Positions 1 through 11,853 of a stretch of 64,000 bases of DNA are shown here, one piece after another. The notes under the pieces were generated by a model. It made no database searches, had not been told where the DNA came from, and worked only from the letters and a program-made list of their open reading frames with translations. The stretch comes from Anaeramoeba ignava BMAN (lineage: Eukaryota; Protista; Anaeramoebae). Position 1 is the first letter of the stretch. Each line of letters begins with the position of its first letter. Both the position numbers and the translations under genes were made by a program. The stretch spans positions 318,399 to 382,398 of the forward strand of contig JAPDFW010000080.1 in the NCBI GenBank assembly GCA_028826165.1, in the 5' to 3' direction.

Positions 1-375
1 ATAAATAAATCAATAAATAAATCAATTTAAATCAATTTAAATCAATCCAAATAAATAAATTTAAATCAATTTAAATCAATAAATAAATCCAAATCAATAT
101 ATTTAAATCAATCCAAAAAATCAAAATAAATCAATAAATATATTTAAATCAATTTAAATCAATAAATATATTTAAATCAATTTAAATCAATAAATATATT
201 TAAATCAATTTAAATCAATAAATCAATAAATAAATCCAAATCAATTTAAATCAATAAATATATTTAAATCAATAAATCAATTTAAATCAATTTAAATCAA
301 TAAATAAATAAATAAATAAATAAATCAATCCAAATAAAATCAAAATAAATAAATAAATATATTGAAATCAATATA
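1..375. repeat. AT-rich degenerate minisatellite (aaatcaat/aaat units), intronic to SEC11
   Basis: Direct reading; almost no G. Confidence 0.85.
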
Positions 376-430
376 TTTAAATATTATTTGTATAGTAAAT
401 AGAAAAGTAGAAAAGAGAAAGATAAATTAC

Positions 431-726
431 TCGATATGAATTGAAATGATTCGATTTACAACAGGTAAACTACGATGAGTAACATGAAACACTATAATTT
501 CACCGACATGAAAAGAATGTGAATCATTATGTGAAATCAATAAAACATCACCACGACAAAGTGTGGGATACATACTTGAACTTAAAACTACAACTAATGG
601 TGCTTCTAAATCAGAAAAAAGTCTTATTACATTCCATAAAAATAAAACAAATCCAAATATTGAAAAAGAATTTATTAAATTTCGGATTTTTTTGGAATTG
701 CTTATTGTGTTTTTTTCATTTTTCAT
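431..726 (-). CDS. SEC11: Signal peptidase complex catalytic subunit SEC11-like, first exon (gene continues past the window start)
   Basis: TM segment then PLVVVLSSSMYPTLCRGDVL...VGEIIVF...PVVNRI, matching the SEC11 pattern VVVLSGSMEP..RGD / GEIVVF / PIVHRV; GT donor at 430 followed by AT satellite. Confidence 0.8.
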
Positions 727-961
727 TATTTTTTTTTAAACTAATTTTGTGCAAAAAAAAAAGAAAAAAAAATGATTTTTAAAAAATAAAAAAATTTTTT
801 CCTTTTTTTTTAATGAATTTTTTATGTAAGAAAAAGGTGTTTATTTATTTAAAAAAAAACCTTTTTTTTTTTCTTTAAAATGATTTGAAAATTTAATTTC
901 TCAAAAAAAGAATAAAATTCCCAAATTTTTTTGGAATAAATTTTTCAATTCACTTTTTTAA

Positions 962-1720
962 AATTAAAATTGAATTTGTATTTGAATTTGTATTTGAATT
1001 TGAAATTGAATTTGAATTGAAATTATATTTGAATTTGATAATTGAATTTGAATTAAAATTGAATTTGAAATTGAATTTGAATTTGAATTTGAATTTGAAT
1101 TTGTATTTGAATTGATAAATGAAATTGAAATTAAATTTGAATTAGAATTTGATAAATGAATTTGAAATTAAAATTGAATTTGAATTTGAATTTGAATTTG
1201 AAAATGAATTGATAAATGAATTTGAATTTGTATTTGAATTTGAATTTGAATTTGAATTTGAATTTGAATTGATAAATGAATTGATAAATGAATTTGAATT
1301 TGTATTTGAAAATGAATTGATAAATGAATTTGAATTTGAATTTGAATTTGAATTTGAATTTGAATTTGAATTTATATTTGAAAATGAAATTAAATTTGAA
1401 TTGAATTTATATTTGAAAATGAAATTAAATTTGAATTTGAATTTGAATTTGAATTTGAATTTGAATTTGAATTTGAATTTGAATTTGAATTTGAATTTGA
1501 AATTGAATTTGAATTTGAAATTGAATTTGAAATTGAATTTGAATTTGAATTTGAATTGAATTTATATTTGAATTTGAATTAAAATTAAAATTTAAATTTG
1601 AATTTGAATTTGAAATTGAATTTGAAATTAAATTTGAATTTGAATTTGAAATTGAATTTGAAATTAAATTTGATAATTGAATTTGATAAATGAATTGATA
1701 AATGAATTCATGAATGAATC
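962..1720. repeat. Intergenic TTTGAA hexamer satellite
   Basis: Tandem tttgaa/attgaa units. Confidence 0.9.
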
Positions 1721-1727
1721 TAAATTT

Positions 1728-4233
1728 TCAATTTTTATTCTTCTGATCATTTTGAACCTCATTTCCTTGATCAGGATTCAAAAGAGAACTTTTCTGTTTA
1801 TCATCATCATTATTAACAAAATGATCAGAAATCTGTTCAATTTGTGAAAGATCACTAATCTCAGCTTGATCATCAGAAAAAGAGAATGAAATTTCATCTT
1901 GAAAATGAAAATGAGTATGAATTCTTTTTTTTCGACGATAAATAAAAAAACCAACAAAAAGAGCAACAATAACAACAAAGAAGGAAACTGAAGTACCAAC
2001 AATAAGAGGTACTTTAGAATTTTCAGGCTTAGAAGATTGGGGTGATGGTGTTGGCTTTGGTGTTGGTGTTGGCATATATTGAAGAACTTGAGAAAATATT
2101 TCCAAATCATTTGAATTTGAAAAATCCCAAATCAAAATTCTATGATCTGATGGATTGAAAATAAATTCCAACGGAATATCTTGTTGGGATCCAAAAAAAG
2201 GATAAATTTCTCGATAAGTGAATGAAACAGATTGATCTGAAGTGAATAATAAAGGCATGTTATTAATAGTGATTCCAAAATCAGGGAAAAAAAAATAAAT
2301 CAAATAATCAATTTCATCTGAATCATAAATTTCTCCGCCTGGAAATGAATAAAAACCCATATCCATCCCAGGCAATCCTCCCACAGAAAATGTTTGTGCT
2401 AAATTTGCTGAGTGGATTTTTTCTGCAAAAACTGCGCAAGTGCTTCCACATAATCCATCTGAAAGTATAGAAGTGTGATTTTTATCAAAAAATTTGAAAT
2501 TATTAATCCATGAAAGATCCGCAATATCGTGAATAAAATTTGAGTAATTTGAGAATACATTTCCCCGTTCAAGAACAACACCTGGAGAATACCATGAGAT
2601 GTCTTGGTATTGTTGCTCTTGAGGATTCCACCACGATTTTGGAGAATATGTATTATCTTGAGAATTTACACAATCTTGATTTTTTGAACATTTTTCAAAC
2701 ATTTCGTCATTTAAATAAGAATGAATAAAATCATAATTTCCATATAAAGGTGGTTTTGAATCATTAAATAAAAAGTGGAATGTCTCGTATCCAAGCGGAA
2801 TATATCCTCCGCTGTTGGATCGAAGATCAATAATCAAATTACCAATTTCATTTGATTCTAAATATTCAATACTTTTCTCAATATTTGCTTTAAATGCATT
2901 TTCATTTTGTGGCGCAAATGATATGATATGCAAAATTCCTGCTTGCACTTGATTATTCAAAATAAGTGTTGATAATCCTACTTCATTGTTTACTGAAAAT
3001 ATTGTTTGAATTTCTGCTCCATTTGTTTTTTGTTTTTGATCTTGTTTTTCTTTTGGAAATTGTTTTTTGAGTTGTTCAATTTTTTGTTTTTTCTTAAGAA
3101 TTGGGTTTTTAAGTTTTGGATTTTGATTTTTTTGTTGTTGTTTTTGGAAAATGGAATATTTTTTGTGATTTTCGTTTAAATCTTGAGTATTTGTTAAGGA
3201 TCCATCTTTTATTTTTTTTTAATATTAAATATTAAATTTTGAATTAAATATTTTATATATAAATATTTTATATATTTATATTTTATTCTTTTATTCTTTA
3301 CTTATACAAGCACTAATAAATTCATCAGTTGATGAAAAATCTAAATAATTATAACCAACAAAAGGAATATCAATTAAATTGCCATCAATTCTTAAAGTTC
3401 TATTTGATTTTTCAGGAACAGGTAAAGTTTGCAAAAAATGCATTGAAAAATCAAAAGATAAATATTCATTTAATCTTGCACTTGGATCTTTTGAAGAATA
3501 AACACTGTCACTATTTTGCACTAAATATTCCCACGCATCCTAATAGAAAAAAACAGAAAATAAAACATAGTAAACAAAGAGCACAAAAAACACAAAAAGA
3601 ACCAATTACCGTTCCTTCAATTTCTTGCACTTGTTTTCCGATAAAATTGATCGGATTAATTCCAGTGACAGAATTATAATCTGTCGCAAATTGTGTTGAA
3701 TTAGAAAACACAGAATTGATAAAGACAAGCGGGTTTTCTTGTGCGTTTTCTTTTGATGATGAATTAACGACCGCCATTAATTCAAAAGGAAACAAAAAAG
3801 TGATTTCTGAATAACAATATGGCTTGTAATATTGCGTATGCGCATCATAAAGTCTTGTCATAAAATCGTTAATTTTTTGATGAAGATCAAAATCAAACGT
3901 AATATTTTCTTGTTTGATCTTTTCAATCTCATCCGTAATATTAACCTCAATTGTTGTTAAACTTGTTGTTGAATTTAAAACAATATCTTGAAAAACATAT
4001 AATTGAAGGTATTCTGAAAGTGATTCAAGTATTTCTTTTTGTGTGACTGGATTGTTCATAACGCTGTAGATACATTCCTTGAACTGATCAAATGGATACA
4101 AAACAGTTGATGTTATTATGCAAGGATCTCTCGCTGTTGTCTTTGTTTTTTCGGTTGCTTCTTCTTTTGTTTTTATTTTAAATATTGAAATTATTATTAA
4201 AATTATTATCAAAATTAATTGACGGTTTTTCAT
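1728..4233 (-). CDS. S41 (tail-specific protease/CPAF-like) peptidase, type I membrane protein; exons 4233-3610, 3539-3302, 3205-1728
   Basis: Signal peptide; LYDAHTQY, DLRSNSGGY and SDGLCGSTCAVF motifs; PT stalk, TM helix, RRKKR; two GT-AG introns join the three ORFs in frame. Confidence 0.75.
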
Positions 4234-4314
4234 TTATTTTGTTTAAAAAAGAAAAAAAATGAAAAAAATAAAATTCAAAAAAAAATTTTTTAATTTTAAT
4301 TTTAATTTAAATTT

Positions 4315-6078
4315 TTAATTATTAAATTTGTTAATTAATAAATCCAATAAATTTGGATATGTTTGATTTAATTGAAAATAATCAATTGCTCTTACAATTT
4401 CAGGTATTATTTCACCTATAATTTCAATATCTTCTTTAAGTTGATTTGAATAAATCCAATATTCAAATATTTGAAATGATTTATTACTTAATTCACTATA
4501 ATCTGTAACTTTATTAGATTTATCTTCTGTTACAGATAAAAACATTCCTCGATATAATTCACTTCTCATTATTAATATTAATTTAGGAAATTTATATTGT
4601 TTTTCTTTTCTTTCAATAATAAAATCTTTTTCATTTTCATTTAAATAAATTCTTTTCATTGTTTCTTCTATTTTTTCATTGGAATTTATAATTTCTTTAA
4701 TTTCAGAATATAATTTTGGATTTATTTTGGAATTATTTGAATAAATCATTTCAAATATTTGATTTGATTCTTTAATTGATTTTTTTGAAATAATTTCTTG
4801 AAGTTTTTCAATTTGATTTTGATTTTGATTTAATCTATATTTCAATATTAATTTATGAGCTTCAATTATTTCTCCATTTTCTGTTTTAAATGAAATATTA
4901 CAAAATTCTTTTCTTCCAAATAATTTTATCAAATCTTCTTCAAGATTGGAAAAAGAAGGAGGAGAATAATAAATAAATGAATTGTTAAATCCACAAGAAA
5001 TATGATAATTAGAAATATCTTCATTAAATCTTAATTTAGGAAGTTCAATTTTATTTGGATTTTTATGTAACATTAGATTATCAGTTCCTAATTGACCTGA
5101 AGAATTGATTCCAAATCCAATCATTTTATTGTTTGTTGTTAAAATCAAAGTATGATTGAATCCAACAGAAATTTCAAGAATATCATTATCATTTTCAAAT
5201 AAAGGTAAATTCAACTCAGTAAATTTATTTATTTGTTTTTGATGTCCATTATATAAAAAAAACCCACTTGAATAAAGTTTTCTTTTTGGATTTTCATTTT
5301 GATTTTGATTTTCAATCAACATTATTGAATGGAAATTTCCACATTGAATATCAATTATTTTACCTTTTGGAATATTTTGGATTTTGGTTAATGTTTGGAT
5401 TTTTGTTTCATCTTTTGTTGTTTCTCCTAATCCAAGTTGAGCATGTTTATTAAAACCACATCCAAATAATTCTTGATTTGAATTTAAAAGAAAAACAAAC
5501 TTGGAGGCATTTCCTGAAAATATTTTAGAAACATTTTTCATCATTAAAATTGGTTTTTTTGCTTTTTTAAGTGTTTTAGAATCAAAACCAAGTTGATTAG
5601 AAAGATTTGAACCAATTCCATAAACATTTTGATTTGAAGTTAATAAATAAATTGAACTATCTCCAGAAACAATATCTTGAATTATTCTATCATTTGAATC
5701 TTCAATTAATGATGAAATATTAATAAATTCTTTTTTATTTTTTGGATTAATATCTTCTCCTTTGGCAAATACATTTCCTTCTATTGTTAAAATAGCTTCA
5801 TTTTCCCAACCAACAGTTACTTTTTGAATATTTTCTTCAATTTGGATTTTTTCAGGATTTTGATTTGAATCATTTTCATTTAAATATTCTATTGCTTTTC
5901 CATTTTTAAAAAGAAAAATTGTTCCAAAATCACTTGTTGAAATTTGTTTAATTTGTTTTTCATTTTCATTTTCATTTTCATTTTCAAATTTAAATTGAAT
6001 TGGTTTTATTATTTTATCTGGTTCATTTTTGATAAGTTTTGGTAATTCATTTGAACCAAAAAATAAACAATCATTCAT
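4315..6078 (-). CDS. RCC1-repeat propeller + tandem BTB/POZ protein (no CaaX)
   Basis: GxNxxxQLG RCC1 repeats, then [31 protein letters not shown]. Confidence 0.85.
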   Translation of the reverse strand: MNDCLFFGSNELPKLIKNEPDKIIKPIQFKFENENENENEKQIKQISTSDFGTIFLFKNGKAIEYLNENDSNQNPEKIQIEENIQKVTVGWENEAILTIEGNVFAKGEDINPKNKKEFINISSLIEDSNDRIIQDIVSGDSSIYLLTSNQNVYGIGSNLSNQLGFDSKTLKKAKKPILMMKNVSKIFSGNASKFVFLLNSNQELFGCGFNKHAQLGLGETTKDETKIQTLTKIQNIPKGKIIDIQCGNFHSIMLIENQNQNENPKRKLYSSGFFLYNGHQKQINKFTELNLPLFENDNDILEISVGFNHTLILTTNNKMIGFGINSSGQLGTDNLMLHKNPNKIELPKLRFNEDISNYHISCGFNNSFIYYSPPSFSNLEEDLIKLFGRKEFCNISFKTENGEIIEAHKLILKYRLNQNQNQIEKLQEIISKKSIKESNQIFEMIYSNNSKINPKLYSEIKEIINSNEKIEETMKRIYLNENEKDFIIERKEKQYKFPKLILIMRSELYRGMFLSVTEDKSNKVTDYSELSNKSFQIFEYWIYSNQLKEDIEIIGEIIPEIVRAIDYFQLNQTYPNLLDLLINKFNN

Positions 6079-6159
6079 TTTTGAAAAGAAAAAAATGAAA
6101 AAAATAATTTTGAAATTTTAAATTTTGATTTTGATTTTAATTTCAATTTAATTTTAATT

Positions 6160-7938
6160 TTAATTTTGATTTTGATTATTAAATTTATTAATTAATAAAT
6201 CAAATAAATTTGGATTTGTTTGATTTAATTGAAAATAATCAATTCCAATTTGAATTTCATTAATGATTTCTTGTGTAATTTGAATTTCATCTTTAATTTG
6301 ATTTGAATAAATCCAATATTCAAATATTTGAAATGATTTATTACTTAATTCACTATAATCTGTAACTTTATTTGATTTATCTTCTGTTACAGATAAAAAC
6401 ATTCCTCGATATAATTCACTTCTCATTATTAATATTAATTTTGGAAATTTATATTGTTTTTCTTTTCTTTCAATTATAAAATCATTTTCATTTTCATTTA
6501 AATAAATTCTTTTCATTGTTTCTTCAATTTTTTCATTTGAATTTATAATTTCTTTAATTTCAGAATATAATTTTGGATTTATTATTCTATTTGAATAAAT
6601 CATTTCAAATATTTGATTTGATTCTTTAATTGATTTTTTTGAAATAATTTGTTGAAGTTTTTCAATTTGATTTTGATTTTGATTTAATCTATATTTCAAT
6701 ATTAATTTATGAGCTTTAATTATTTCTCCATTTTTGGTTTTAAATGAAATATCACAAAATTCTTTTCTTCTAAATAATTTTATCAAATCTTCTTCAAGAT
6801 TGGAAAAAGAAGGAGAATAATAATAAAGAAATGAATTTTGATATCCACAAGAAACATGATAATTGGAAATATTTTCATTAAATCTTAATTTGGGAAGTTC
6901 AATTTGAATAGGGATTGATTGATTTTTTGTATCTCCAGTTCCTAATTGACCATAAGAATTACTTCCAAATGCTATTAGTTTTGAATTAGATGTTAAAATC
7001 AAATTATGCTTATATCCACAAGAAAATTCAAGAATATTATCATCATTTTCAAATAAAGGTGATTTGATTTCAGTAAATTCATAAGTATTTTCATATTTGC
7101 CAAGTCCATTTAAAGTATAGGCACCACATGAATAAAGTTTTCTTTTTGGATTTTCATTTTCATTTTCATTTTCAATCAACATTATTGAATGAAATATTCC
7201 ACATTGAATATTAATTATTTTACCTTTTGGAATATTTTGGATTTTGGTTAATTTTTGGATATATGTTTCTTTTCTTCTTGTTTCTCCTAATCCAAGTTGA
7301 CCATATTGATTATTTCCGCATCCAAATAATTCTTGATTTGAATTTAAAAGAAAAACATGAGTTGAAGAATTTCCTGAAAATATTCTAGAAACATTTTTCA
7401 TCATTAAAATTGGTTTTTCTGTTTTTTTAAGTGTTTCAAAATCATAACCAAGTTGGCCATTAACATTTAAGCCAATTCCATAAGCATTTTGATTTGAAGT
7501 TAATAAATAAATTGAACTGAATCCAGAAACAATATCTTCGATTATTCTATCATTTGTATCTTCAATTAATGATGAAATATTGATAAATTCTTTTGGATTT
7601 TTTGGATTAATATCTCTTCCTTTTGCAAATACATTTCCTTCTATTGTTAAAATAGCTTCATTTCCCCAACCAACAGATACTTTTTGAATATTTTCTTCAA
7701 TTTGGATTTTTTCAGGATTTTGATTTGAATCATTTTCATTTAAATATTCTATTGCTTTTCCATTTTTAAAAAGGAAAATTGTTCCAAAATCTCCTGTTGG
7801 AATTTGTTTAATTTGTTTTTCATTTTCATTTTCATTTTCATTTTCAAATTTAAATTTAATTGGTTTTCTTATTTCAAATAATTCATTTTTTAAAAGCTTT
7901 GGTGCATAATTTAAACCAAAAAATAAACAATCATTCAT
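6160..7938 (-). CDS. RCC1-repeat + tandem BTB protein (no CaaX)
   Basis: Paralogue of 4315-6078 with the same motifs. Confidence 0.85.
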   Translation of the reverse strand: MNDCLFFGLNYAPKLLKNELFEIRKPIKFKFENENENENEKQIKQIPTGDFGTIFLFKNGKAIEYLNENDSNQNPEKIQIEENIQKVSVGWGNEAILTIEGNVFAKGRDINPKNPKEFINISSLIEDTNDRIIEDIVSGFSSIYLLTSNQNAYGIGLNVNGQLGYDFETLKKTEKPILMMKNVSRIFSGNSSTHVFLLNSNQELFGCGNNQYGQLGLGETRRKETYIQKLTKIQNIPKGKIINIQCGIFHSIMLIENENENENPKRKLYSCGAYTLNGLGKYENTYEFTEIKSPLFENDDNILEFSCGYKHNLILTSNSKLIAFGSNSYGQLGTGDTKNQSIPIQIELPKLRFNENISNYHVSCGYQNSFLYYYSPSFSNLEEDLIKLFRRKEFCDISFKTKNGEIIKAHKLILKYRLNQNQNQIEKLQQIISKKSIKESNQIFEMIYSNRIINPKLYSEIKEIINSNEKIEETMKRIYLNENENDFIIERKEKQYKFPKLILIMRSELYRGMFLSVTEDKSNKVTDYSELSNKSFQIFEYWIYSNQIKDEIQITQEIINEIQIGIDYFQLNQTNPNLFDLLINKFNNQNQN

Positions 7939-7973
7939 TTTTAAAAAGAAAAAAAATGAAAAAATAAATAATT

Positions 7974-8995
7974 TTAATTTTCTTTTTTTTTTTGAAGATG
8001 TTTGGGAGAAAGTAATTCTTTTGAAGAAGAATAAGAAGTTGATGAAGAATAAAGATCTTCTTTTTCTTCTGGAAGAACATATAGTTTTGCCAGATCTGGA
8101 TTTAAAATAGTTGACAAAACTTGATTTGAAATTTGAATAATTTCCAATTTAGAATAACCAGATAATTTTGATAATATTTTGACCAATTTTGGATTAAAAA
8201 TATTTAAAATCAATGATGCAGCTGTAATGATTGAAGCACCAATTAGAGAATATTTTGTTTGACATAACATTACCAACAATGTTTTGTGACAGAATATCAG
8301 GTTGTTAATATCAACACAAAGTTGAAAAAAATCATTTTCTTTTACAAAATCAAATTTCAAACAATAAAGAAATATTTCAATAAAATCTAATGGAATTAAA
8401 ATATTCACTTTAAAAGAAAGAGTAGTTAATATTTTAAGCTCGGAATCTTCAATTTGTTTTTTTGTAAAAGAGAATACTGAAGCATTTTGAATTTCTTCAA
8501 TTTTCAAAAAATCAACATCATTCCTCTTTTTAATATTTTTTTTTTTGATCCACAAAAAAAGAAATGGAAAAAAATTTTGATTTGTTTTTACTTTTTTGGA
8601 TTTGGATAAAATTTTTTTGGTTTTTTTCATACTTTGCTTGCTATTTGAAGACAAGATAAACTTCTTAAGCAAATCCAAACTGGACTTATATTTTCAACTT
8701 CAACAATTTCTCCTTGAAAATATTTCCTCAAGTAATAAATTAATAAAATTAAAGCAATATGTGTTGTTTTTGTTTCTAGATTTTTTTTTCTTGAAAATAT
8801 TTGAATAAATTCAATAATTTTTTTTGTTGGAAGAATAATTGGTTGTTCAGCTAAATAATCTTCAACAATTTTATTAAATTCTACAAAAAATAATTCTTCT
8901 TGATTTTTTAAATTTTCAAGTAATTGATTCATTTCTAATCCATTGAAACTTGTGTTAAATTTTATTTTTTTTCTAAAATCACTTTCACTTTCCAT
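7974..8995 (-). CDS. Cyclin-fold protein, CNTD1/COSA-1-like; exons 8995-8633, 8525-7974
   Basis: LRSLSCLQIASK...FTKKQIEDSELKILTTLSFKVNILIPLDFIE resembles, from recall, CNTD1 LRLVSCVQLASK...TKEELLESELDVLKSLNFRINLPTPLAYVE; phase-0 GT-AG intron 8632-8526. Confidence 0.65.
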
Positions 8996-9292
8996 TTAGA
9001 TTCCAAAAAAAAAGAAATGATTTGAATAAAAAGAAAAAAATGAAAAAAAAAATTTTTTTTTGATCTTTTTTTTAAATTGATCCAAAAACAATTTTTTATT
9101 TGAAATTTTCCTGAAAACAAAAAAAAAATTGAAGATTGGGAATTTAAAAGAAAAATTTTGATCAAATAAACAAAATCTTTTTTTGATCTTGTTTTGTTTT
9201 GTTTTCAAAATTGTTAATGTCAAAAAAAAAAATAAAAAAAATATTGTTTCAAAATTCATTTTTTTTCTTTTCAAACTAACAAAAATTTAAAC

Positions 9293-11803
9293 ATGATAAT
9301 AATTCATTTACAAAAAATTAAAGGAATTGAACAATTAATCAACTCAAAAGAAACTAATTTTTTTCTTCAAATCGAAGCACTTTTTCAATCTCAAATTTTT
9401 TATTCACAAGAAATTGAAATTGAAAACAATAAAAAAGAGCAATTATTAGATATTCTTTTTCAATTTAAGGAGAAAAATCAAAAATTAAATTCAAAAGAAA
9501 AAATAAAATTATCTTTTTTCTTCAAAAATGAATCAAAAAATGAAGAAAATTCAAATTATCAAAAATTTGGAAAAATTAAAATTCCATTTAAAAAATTTAT
9601 TCAAACAAAACAAAATCAACAATTTTATTCAATTAATATTTCTAATAAATTGAAAGAATTTCTAAATTCAATTGAAGTACAAATTTTAACAAGAATTCAA
9701 TTTGGAAATCAAAATCAAAATCAAAATCAATTTGAAAATGAAAATCAATTTGAAAATCAATTTGAAAATCAAAATGAAAATGGAAATCAATTTGAAAATC
9801 AAAATCAAAATCAATTTGAAAATCAATTTGAAAATCAATTTGAAAATCAATTTGAAAATCAATTTGAAAATCAATTTGAAAATCAATTTGAAAATCAATT
9901 TGAAAATCAATTTGAAAATCAATTTGGAAATCAATTTGGAAATAAATTTGAAAATCAAAATCAAAATCAAAATCAAAATCAAAATCAATTTGAAAATGAA
10001 AATCAAAATCAAAATCAATTTGGAAATAAATTTGAAAATCAAAATAAAAATCAATTTGAAAATCAAAATCAAAATCAAAATCAAAATCAAAATCAAAATC
10101 AAAATCAAAATCAAAATCAAAATCAATTTGAAAATGAAAATCAATTTGGAAATGAAAATCAAAATCAAAATCAAAATCAAAATCAAAATCAAAATCAAAA
10201 TCAATTTGAAAATCAAAATCAAAATCAAAATCAATTTGGAAATGAAAATCAAAATCAAAATCAAAATCAAAATCAAAATCAAAATCAAAATCAAAATCAA
10301 AATCAAAATCAAAATCAAAATGAAAATCAATTTGAAAATCAAAATCAAAATCAATTTGGAAATGAAAATCAAAATCAAAATCAAAATCAAAATCAAAATC
10401 AAAATCAAAATCAAAATCAAAATCAAAATCAAAATCAAAATCAAAATCAAAATCAAAATCAAAATCAAAATCAAAATCAAAATCAATTTGGAAATCAATT
10501 TGAAAATCTAGATAAAATGGAAATAATTCTTCACTTCAAAAATATTCAAAAATTTATATCAAATGATTATAAAAAATTCAAATTAAAATATGAACTCAAA
10601 ATTCTTGATACAATCAAATCTGTGAAAATTGGAAAAATTCATTTATTAAATCCTCACAAAACAGAAATCTCAAATGAAAACTCAAGAAGAAAATTTGAAT
10701 TTTTAATTCCAAAAAATGAATTGATGATAAACATTTTTAAAAAATCTCAATTACTTATTTTTCTTTCAGATTCTCAAAATCAAAATTTTGCCATTTCAAC
10801 TGTTGTTCTCAAAGATTTTTTTTTCCAAAAAAATCAAAAATCAATTTATTCAAATCAAAAAATGATTCAATGTTTTAGTTTCAATTATGAAAATGAAGAA
10901 TTAAAAAGAATTTGTTGGATTGAAATCGAAATTATTGTTAAAAGAAATAATCAATTTATAAATAATCTTCAAAATGCAAATAAAGAAAAAAGGTTCTTTT
11001 TGCAAAATAATTTTTCCAAATTGAAAAAACTTCAAAACAATGAAGAAAAACGAAATGAGATTCATTTTAAAAATATTTGGGAATTAGAAATTTGGAAAAT
11101 CAATCAAAAAATTCATTTTTATAAAGATTTCAAACAAAAAGAACAATTCTTTCTCAAAAAAATCCAAAATGAATGGAATTTTCTTCAAAATCAAGAACTT
11201 GAAGAAATTCAATCAAATTATAATCATTTAATTATTTCAAGAGATTTAATCAAACAAAAATTAAAAGAAATTAATCAACAAATTATTACATTTAAAAAAA
11301 TCCATCAAAATATTCAAACCAAAAAAGAAATTAAAATCAAAAAATGCCAAGAAATCATTCAAAAAAAGTTAGATAATTTCCAAAAAGAAATTAATGAATT
11401 GAAAATCAATTCAATAGATTATCAAAAAAAAGAAAAAATCTCTTCCAAAAATTTACAAATTTTAGAAAATCAAGAAAAAGATTTGATTGAAAAAATTAAT
11501 CAATTCCAAAAAGAAAATCAATTCCAAAAAGATTCACTTGAAAATTTAAGAACAGAAAACGATTCATTAATAGAAAATTTAGAAGAAATTGAAAAAGAAA
11601 AAAAGGAAATTCAATCAAAAATTGAAATGAAAAAATTGAGAATTCAAGAAATCAAATTGAAAACAAAAAAGGAACAAGAAAAAGAACAAGTTGAATTTGA
11701 AATTAAAAAAGAAATTGGCAAATTAAATCAAATTAGAAAAGAAAATAATTTTGAATCCAATTTTTCAATATTGAAAGAAATGTTTAATGATTTAAAAAAA
11801 TAA
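9293..11803 (+). CDS. Divergent CEP120-like protein (C2-like regions, long NQ/FENQ insert, C-terminal coiled coil)
   Basis: WELEIWKINQKIHFYKDFKQKEQFFLKKIQNEW resembles the CEP120 ELEMWKEMQE..F..QLKQKE......LAEEW motif that starts the coiled coil. Confidence 0.6.
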   Translation: MIIIHLQKIKGIEQLINSKETNFFLQIEALFQSQIFYSQEIEIENNKKEQLLDILFQFKEKNQKLNSKEKIKLSFFFKNESKNEENSNYQKFGKIKIPFKKFIQTKQNQQFYSINISNKLKEFLNSIEVQILTRIQFGNQNQNQNQFENENQFENQFENQNENGNQFENQNQNQFENQFENQFENQFENQFENQFENQFENQFENQFENQFGNQFGNKFENQNQNQNQNQNQFENENQNQNQFGNKFENQNKNQFENQNQNQNQNQNQNQNQNQNQNQFENENQFGNENQNQNQNQNQNQNQNQFENQNQNQNQFGNENQNQNQNQNQNQNQNQNQNQNQNQNENQFENQNQNQFGNENQNQNQNQNQNQNQNQNQNQNQNQNQNQNQNQNQNQNQNQFGNQFENLDKMEIILHFKNIQKFISNDYKKFKLKYELKILDTIKSVKIGKIHLLNPHKTEISNENSRRKFEFLIPKNELMINIFKKSQLLIFLSDSQNQNFAISTVVLKDFFFQKNQKSIYSNQKMIQCFSFNYENEELKRICWIEIEIIVKRNNQFINNLQNANKEKRFFLQNNFSKLKKLQNNEEKRNEIHFKNIWELEIWKINQKIHFYKDFKQKEQFFLKKIQNEWNFLQNQELEEIQSNYNHLIISRDLIKQKLKEINQQIITFKKIHQNIQTKKEIKIKKCQEIIQKKLDNFQKEINELKINSIDYQKKEKISSKNLQILENQEKDLIEKINQFQKENQFQKDSLENLRTENDSLIENLEEIEKEKKEIQSKIEMKKLRIQEIKLKTKKEQEKEQVEFEIKKEIGKLNQIRKENNFESNFSILKEMFNDLKK
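9700..10508 (+). repeat. Coding AATCAA / TTTGAAAATCAA microsatellite (NQ, FENQ)
   Basis: In frame within 9293-11803. Confidence 0.9.
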
Positions 11804-11853
11804 TTTTTCATTTTTAATTTTTCATTTTTTTCTTTTTAAAACTTTTATATAAA

